Shown here: positions 55,726 through 64,000 of the stretch, piece by piece
How the letters are laid out: the number at the start of each line of letters is the position of its first letter
How positions within the stretch are numbered: the first letter of the stretch is position 1
Source: the human T2T-CHM13v2.0 reference genome, Homo sapiens
Length of the DNA: 64,000 bases
Direction: 5' to 3' (one strand)
Assembly: GCF_009914755.1 (NCBI RefSeq)
Contig: NC_060936.1
Position numbers and translations under genes: made by a program
The notes under the pieces: generated by a model
What the model was told of the DNA's origin: nothing
The model's database searches: none
What the model saw: the letters and a program-made list of their open reading frames with translations, nothing else

Positions 55726-56999
55726 TAATTTTCAAAACAGTGACATAGATTATGAAATGCTTTGTTTAGATTTATTCCTAGAAAAATTATCCCTTGCAGT
55801 ATTTTTTGTATTTGTTCTTTGTATGTATTGATTGATATCACATGACAGAAACATTTTATGTGATAGAATTAAACTAATTGTCCACCAAACATGAAAATAA
55901 ATGAATCAATCAATGGTTAGCATAAAGGAGCTGCAATTAGTGTAATTGGCTTTGCTCTACATTGTGTCGAGATTCAATCATCCTCCAAATTATTGTGAAG
56001 TTAGATAAATGTTAAATAAAAAGCGCCCTCCTAATTTTCTCTAAAGCAAAGAATACAGAATATTAAATGGATTAAAGATACATTTACATGTCTATGTTAA
56101 CTTATAAATTAGCTATTATGCAATTTCCTTTGAGAAAAGTGAGTCGTGAATTATATTTATTTGCTGAATTTTTCATCACTAAAGGTGGGAATAAAAGCCA
56201 AAATGATATATTTGTCAGCAGAGATGCCAAAGTACAGGTTAAGGAACTCAATTGCTTTTTTTAAACCTCTGTAAGAAATGTTGAAGTGATTCTATTTTTA
56301 AGGGGGGAAGGTCCTTTATTAAAAAATCCTTTTCCTTCTCTATATATTTTTTAGACATGTGTCCATCCTGTTTCCATGGATTGAGGATCTGTGTAATTAT
56401 ATAGGGTATACAAGGTTCCTGACTACGTTACATATGTTTCAAATAATTAAAAATGTATAGCTACCAAAACTTAGAAAATATATCACTTTACCATGGAGAA
56501 TATTTTTTTCAATTTAGAACATTCTAGGCTTTGTTTTACTGGTTTTAAAATATAGCACAAATGATTAAATCTCTTTTGAATCAGTTGATGCAATGAAGAA
56601 AGCATTAATCTAGCAGTAGGAGACTTCAGTGACTTATGAAATATTGAGAAGAATAGAAGTCACTTTCCATTGATCCTAATGTACAGATCATTTGAAAAAG
56701 AAGGAAGTGATTGAAGAACTATTCTTGGAACTCTAAGGAGCAGAAAAGAATATTTAGAAAATAAAGTTAGAGAGTAGCTAACAGCAATTTGGAGAAAATA
56801 TTTAATCCTTAGGATGCAATAAAGGATGTATTTAAGAGGAAAAGTGGCATATGTATGATGACAAAATTTGTTTGGTAAGGCTTCTTTTAGGAAACAGTTT
56901 TTGTATTCACATATCTAATAACAAGTAGTTTAGGTTCAATATACTCCATTTTCCTTTGTTTTCTAGTTGCTGTCAAACTTATTTTGGTAGAGGGTATTC

Positions 57000-57350
57000 C
57001 TTCATTCACTTTTCAGGTATTTATCTAAATTCTTTGGGATCTTTTATAAGTGCTAGATACAGAAAGACAAATGAGACAATGTTCATGACTTCAAGTAGTA
57101 TCTAGTCCAATTGATAAATTATAAAGTAAATTGAACCATATGGAGTTGCTATTTTGCAAGTAGGGAAATGTTTGCATATTGGCAACATCACATGACTTAA
57201 CATGGCATTGCAGTAAAAGTTATAATGGAAGAATATGTGAGGTACAGTGAGAACAAAAATGCATATATTTCAGATTGAAAAAAACAGGCTGGCTTTCAGG
57301 AGGTGACACAAACTACACCTTATAAAGCAGGTGTTCATAGATAAAGGAGA
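57000..57350 (-). mobile_element. L2 fragment
   Basis: ttcattcacttttcaggtatttat...gtgctagatacag...gacttcaagtag. Confidence 0.5.
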
Positions 57351-57515
57351 GAGGACGGTTTGTTAAATAGCACAGGCGGCTATACCATTTGGCGTATCTC
57401 TGACTGTCTTTCAAATTTTCAAGCCCAAGTAATTTATTTTCCCATAACAATCATGCAGCCCTATTCTTACAGTGACCAATTCCAATGATATTGAAATAGC
57501 ATGTTAGATTGATTT

Positions 57516-57742
57516 TATTTTAATTTTTGGTTTTTAGGTTTTTTTTTTAAATTTTTTTATTCGAGAACGTTTCACTCTGTTACTCAGGCTGGAGTGCCGT
57601 GGTGCAATCACGGGTCATTGCAACCTTCGCCTCCCAGGCTAAAGTGATCCTCCCACCTCAGCCTCCTGAGAAGCTTCAGGCAATCCATTCACCTTGGCCT
57701 CCCAAAGTGATGGGATTACAGGTGTGAGCCACTGTGCCCGGC
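57516..57742 (-). mobile_element. AluJ with internal deletion
   Basis: 11-bp TSD tagattgattt (57505-57515 and 57743-57753); linker region absent. Confidence 0.9.
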
Positions 57743-58788
57743 TAGATTGATTTAAAAAGTCTAAAACTAAATCTCTATAAGCCTTATACTTTATCTTCAA
57801 CTTAATCTGTGTGACAATACATTGGAAAGTAAACTAAACAAGGTTTTATTTGGAATTGATAGCATTGATTAAAAAGAAGTATGGTCTTGTTTGTGACTCT
57901 TTCTGATAGAATATCTTGAACTACTGTTTATCACAGGACTTGTAATGAGAACAGTTATAATGAATGACTCAGAAGAATGGGCGAAGACCCTGGCATGCAT
58001 GATGCATAGTAGACATTTATTTCTTGAACCCATGTTGTTGCCTTGTATCTCTGTTTATTTTATGAGAATACAGTTCATCACCTATTTAGGTAATATGTGC
58101 TCATTATTTTTCATCTTAGTCAAAATAATTTTTTAAAAGTAGTATCTTTTAATCTTTTCTTATAGAATAAATTCTATATAGAGATGAGGATTAATAACAA
58201 AATATATTACAAAAATCTGTGCAAAAGGGAAAATTTTGCATGTCACCAAATGACAAAGTTCAAATTTAAAAAGCTGCTTGTCAAAACCAATTAACTAAAC
58301 AAATAATAAACTAAATTATAATAGCAGTAAAAGTAAACTGTAAACCACTAACTGTGCTTGAGGACTAAAACACATTTGACTTTTATTTCTAGCTAAGGTA
58401 TTTTACATATACGTATAGTTCAAAAATGTTTTATACCATGAATTTTTAACTACATGCCATTTGAATTGTGTCAATTTTCTTGTTTTCTTTCATCAATTTT
58501 AATTTTTAACCTATGATTACTTTTTCCATAGCTTTTCTTTTTGATAATGTGTATCAAATTTGTGTTCTCTTAGATTTTTATTTTGTAAATATTTGCATTC
58601 TCGAACAATTGAAGCAAGGCAAATTGACGCCATAAACTTCTTTACAAATCATTTGTTTGTATGTTTAATTTGATAAGAATGTAAATCAAAACGTAATGTA
58701 TGGACTATGACTAAATGAAGATATATGGATCTACATTTTAAAGCACCCCATTAGTTATTTGATTTCCTTTCTGATCACTTTCTCTTAT

Positions 58789-58880
58789 CATATGTGTGTG
58801 TGTGTGTGTGTATATATATATGTACATATATATGTATGTATATATATGTACGTATATATGTGTGTATATATATGTACATA

Positions 58881-58916
<36 letters not shown>

Positions 58917-58917
58917 G
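58789..58917. repeat. Compound (TG)n/(TA)n alternating purine-pyrimidine tract
   Basis: Direct reading. Confidence 0.95.
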
Positions 58918-59149
58918 GTCTTATGTTAGCAAATTCTGTTTTTCTTTTAGTTCTTTTTGGAATTATTCTGTATTTCCCTATATTGTGCAATCATTATTAG
59001 CAGAAACAAATTATTTTTTTAATTAAGTAAGCAAAACTTCTATATCAGAATATATTTTCCTTGAAAATGTTTCAGATGTTTGGAATTTTGTATTCTTTCT
59101 TAGAGAAACAACTCACATAAGATATTTATTACTATTTTCTTTTCAGTTA

Positions 59150-60835
59150 TTTTAAAATCACTTTACTGAGTTATGACTGATACACAAAAGGCTGTACATA
59201 TGTATTCAATGTATGACTTGGAAAGAAGTATACACAGGTGAAACTCTCAGCATAATCAATACCATAAACATATCCATCACTTTCAAGTTTTCTCCCATCA
59301 TCTTTATTTAATTTTTTGTATGTGATAAGAACACATCATGGAAGATCTTCCCACTTACCTCATCTTTAAGTGTACAACAGAGTATTGTTAACTGTAGTCA
59401 TTATGCTGTAGAATAGATCCATAGGACTTATTCATCTTGTATAACTGTATGTTTGTACCCTTTGACCAATGCCTCCTTATTTCTCCCTGCCTCCAAATCC
59501 TGACAATCACTATTCTAGTCTCTATTTATATAAATTTGACTATTTCATATTCGTCATACAAGTGAGATCATATAGCATTTGATAATTGTGTGTATGTCTT
59601 ATGTTACTTAGCATAATGTTCTCTAGGTTCATCCATGTTTCCACAAATGATGGATTTCCTTCTTTTTAAAGGCTGAATTATATTCCATTACATGTATATA
59701 CCACATTTTCTTTACCCGTCGATGAACATTTAGGTTGCTTTCAGCTCTTGGCTATTGTGAATAATGCTGCAATTCACATGTGAGTTCAGATATATTTTGA
59801 AGATCCTGATTTCAATTCCTTTGGATATATATCCAGAGATAGGAATGTTGGATCATATAATAGTTTTATTGTTAATTTTGAGGAAAATTTTATATTGTTT
59901 TACCCATACTTCCTATATCAATTTACATCCTATCAACAGCATACAGGGTTCTCTTTTCTCCATATGCTCACCAACACTTATTAGGTTTTATCTTTTTGTT
60001 AATAATCATTCTAACAGGAATAAGGTGGTATGTTACCTGGTTTAAACTTGAATTACCCTAGTAATTCATGATTTTGATATTTTTTTCATTTACCTTTCAG
60101 CCATTTGTATATCTTCCTTTGAGATAAGTCTATTTGGGTCTTTTCCCTATTTTATAATTATTTGTTTTTCTCCTATTGAGTGGTAGTTTTAAAAAAATAT
60201 TTACAATATTGAAATTTTGTCAGTTTTATGCCTGCAAATATTTTCTCCCAGTCTATAGGCTGCCTGTTTATTTTATTGGTTGTTTCTTTTGCTGTGCAAA
60301 AGAGTTTGATGTAATCCCACTTGTCTGTTTTTGCTTTTGTTGCCTGTGCTTCCGGTGTTATATCCAAGAAATCATTGCTAAGGCCAATGTGAAGTAACAT
60401 TTTCTCTTTTTCTTCTAGGAGTTTTATGTTGTCTGTCATTAATTCATTTTGAGTTGATTTTTGTATGTGTTATGAGGTAAGGATCCAATCTCTCATTGTG
60501 CATTCTTGGCATTCTTGTCACAGATCAGTTGGCCATGTATATGTTGGTTTATTTGTGTTCTTTATTCTAGTCCATTAGTCTGTATCCCTCTTTTTATGCA
60601 AACATCATGCTGTTTAGAGTACTGTGGCTTCATAATATGTTTTAAAATGAAAAAGTATGGTGCCTCCAGCTTTGTTCTTCTTGTTCAAAATTACTTAGGG
60701 TATTTCAGGCCTTTTGCGGTTTCATATAAATTTTAGGGATGATTTTTATATTTATGTAAGAAAATGCCATTGGAATTTTGATAGAGAATGCATTGAACCA
60801 GTAAATTGCTTTGGGTAGTAGGGACATTTTTATAA
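59150..60835 (-). mobile_element. L1MA9/MA10-like 3' portion
   Basis: ctttactgagttatgactgatacacaaaaggctgtacata...ggacttattcatcttgtataactg; ORF 60173-60439 ([16 protein letters not shown]). Confidence 0.85.
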
Positions 60836-61274
60836 AACTAACCTGTAAGCTGTTCAGGTTAAGTTTTGTGAATGCATCTGCTTTTATCTTCAATACAGTA
60901 ATACATTATTTGAGTTGTCTTAGAGGTGACTGGGTATTAGCTCCTTAACTCTTTGTTACTTTGGCTAATTTGTTGGGCTGCTTATTCATTTGTGGGTTTA
61001 TTTTTGCAGGTGTATTTGTTGTAAAATAAAATTCATTATTCAACACTAAAATAAGTATGTATTTACAGAGCTGTGCCATATAAGAAATGACAATTTCACT
61101 CTTGCAAGAGCATTCAAATTACTCCACAGACTAAAAAACAGGGCTGCACAGCTTCTATTTTTACATTTACTTTGCATATTTTTTTCCATTTTTCTACTGA
61201 CCCTAGTGACAGGTGGCTTAATGTGCCCCATTTACCTCACAAATAATAGCATGAGCTGTACCCCATGTGGCTGG

Positions 61275-61490
61275 AAGGACATTTCTCAAAAGAAGACACA
61301 GAAATGACTGACAGGTATATCAAAAAATTCTCAAAATCACTAATTATCAGGGAAAATGCAAATCAAAACCACGATGAGGTATCACCTCACACTTATTATC
61401 AAAAAGACTAAAGATAACAGTGTTGGTAGGATGTGGTGCACTGTTGGTAGAAATGTAAATTGGTACAGATGTTTTGGATAAAATGCGATG
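61275..61490 (+). mobile_element. L1M ORF2 C-terminal fragment
   Basis: gacatttctcaaaagaagac...atgcaaatcaaaaccacgatgaggtatcacctcacac. Confidence 0.8.
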
Positions 61491-62424
61491 GGAAGCAGCA
61501 TTATGAAATACTTTTCTCACCACCTCCTAAAACAAATTAGGTGTCTCCATTTTCTTTTGTCCTATTCATTTTCTTTTGTCTCCCTGTGTACTGTTCTTGA
61601 CAGGGAGGTTTCAGTAATGTCATATATAAAAAGGTTTGGGAAAAGGGAAAAAGCCTATTTTCAATCATCTTTCAGATTTAACCAAATGTGAAAGTGAAAA
61701 TTCTCTGCATATGTGTCACATTGCTAGAAAAGACTATAGTTGAAACTGGAAATGGAGTATAAATCTCCCAAGCCCAACCTGGCCATTCTCATGAAATATT
61801 TATTAATAATACTTGGTAAAAATGACAAATTCAGGCCAAACAAATGAAACCAACACTGTGAAATCAGGAAGTAATATATACTAATAATAAAAGACTAAGA
61901 ATTGCATTCTAGTTAGGTTTAAGAAAGTCTGTCTTTACTTGAATGAAGTACTTGAACACTTGTCAGGGATTCAATCATTTATATTTGTATTACACCAGAT
62001 ATCTTGGCTGTTTCTAGGTATACAGAAGAAATGTATTATTGTTACAGAAGAAGTGTATTTTTGCTTCCAGGTATATAGAAGAACTGTATTATTATTGTAT
62101 TATTGTTAGAAAAAATATATAATGTAAGAATGAATTCACGTGTTTTATAACCAGACTGCTGTAACCAGGCATATATTTGTGAGATGGTTGATCAGAAGTA
62201 TTGTCAATGGAAATATAACAGAACAATGCTACTTTATAAACAAAATGTCAAAACCTATGTCCTTGGCTTTATTAGCCCAATGATCTGAACAAATGTAATA
62301 AATAACAAGTACAAATTCTATTGTGGAAAATTTGTGGACTAATAAATTTTAATTCTATGTCTATTTTCAGGAGAAGTTAGGTAACTGTGAAGGTAGTGAA
62401 AATCATAGTTTAAAGAATCGTTAG

Positions 62425-62693
62425 TTAACACAGAAACAAAAAAAATGCTGCATATTCTAACTTATAAGTGGGAGCTAAACAGTGAGTACATATTGACACA
62501 AATAAGGGAACAACACACACTAGGCTTACCTGAGGGTAGAGAGTGGAAAAAGGATAAGGATTTTAAAAGGGTACCTATCAGGTACTATGCTTACTATCTG
62601 GGTGACAAAATGTCTGTACACCAAACTCCCATGACACATGCAATTTACCCATGTAACAAACCTGCATGTGTACACTCTAAACCTGAATCTAAA
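62425..62693 (+). mobile_element. L1PA16-like 3' end
   Basis: cttataagtgggagctaaac...tacctatcaggtactatgcttacta...catgtaacaaacctgca. Confidence 0.85.
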
Positions 62694-63113
62694 TCAATTT
62701 CATATTGCATGTACTGTATATTCCATAATCATTGTTGCAGATGGTAATATTGGAATAAACTCTATGACTGCATACCAGTGCTACATCTGCAAAAAGATGC
62801 AGTTATGTAAGCATCCAACAATTTATGAAATAACTTTGAAAATATATTTACGCAAATTTGAATTTTATTAATGTTGCTTCTGTGGGATACTAATAGATGC
62901 AAAAATTTACAAAGGCTACTGAGTGTAGATGGACAGATAATAGATAAGTATAATATATTTTGCTCTTAATAGAAACTCATTGTTTTTTGATCTGTTACCT
63001 ATAAAACACATGGTCAGACATGGGACCTAAAATATCCATGTAAAACAAAACGTAACATAACTTTCTTAAAAACATCTCAATCCAAAGGTGGGTTGATGCT
63101 ATACTTCCATTAA

Positions 63114-64000
<887 letters not shown>

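Overview
This is AT-rich primate genomic DNA, most likely human or great ape given AluY, L1PA3/4-7 and THE1. I found no supportable protein-coding exon, RNA gene or CpG island. All listed ORFs are decayed L1, MaLR or Alu frames, microsatellite translations or chance. The window is dominated by nested retroelements: a near full-length L1MA (421-16448) hosting a full-length L1PA13-like element, an internally deleted L1PA16-like element and a half AluY. It also contains MSTA and THE1 proviruses, solo LTRs (LTR3/HML-6, MSTA, MLT1, LTR32-like), a Tigger/MER82-type DNA transposon, Alus, MIR and L2. Subfamily names are from recall of consensus sequences, not a search. The most interesting signal is a series of local template-switch fossils read directly from the sequence. 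These are a deletion-inversion-duplication through a THE1/L1 (26.5-27.3 kb), templated insertions at 36.0, 37.1 and 46.1 kb, and fold-back hairpins at 37.05, 43.6 and 45.1 kb. There is also a TSD-flanked, polyadenylated orphan retrocopy at 10.76-11.04 kb. I see no evidence of a new gene system. The candidate novelty is this rearrangement cluster, whose enrichment over background I cannot measure here.
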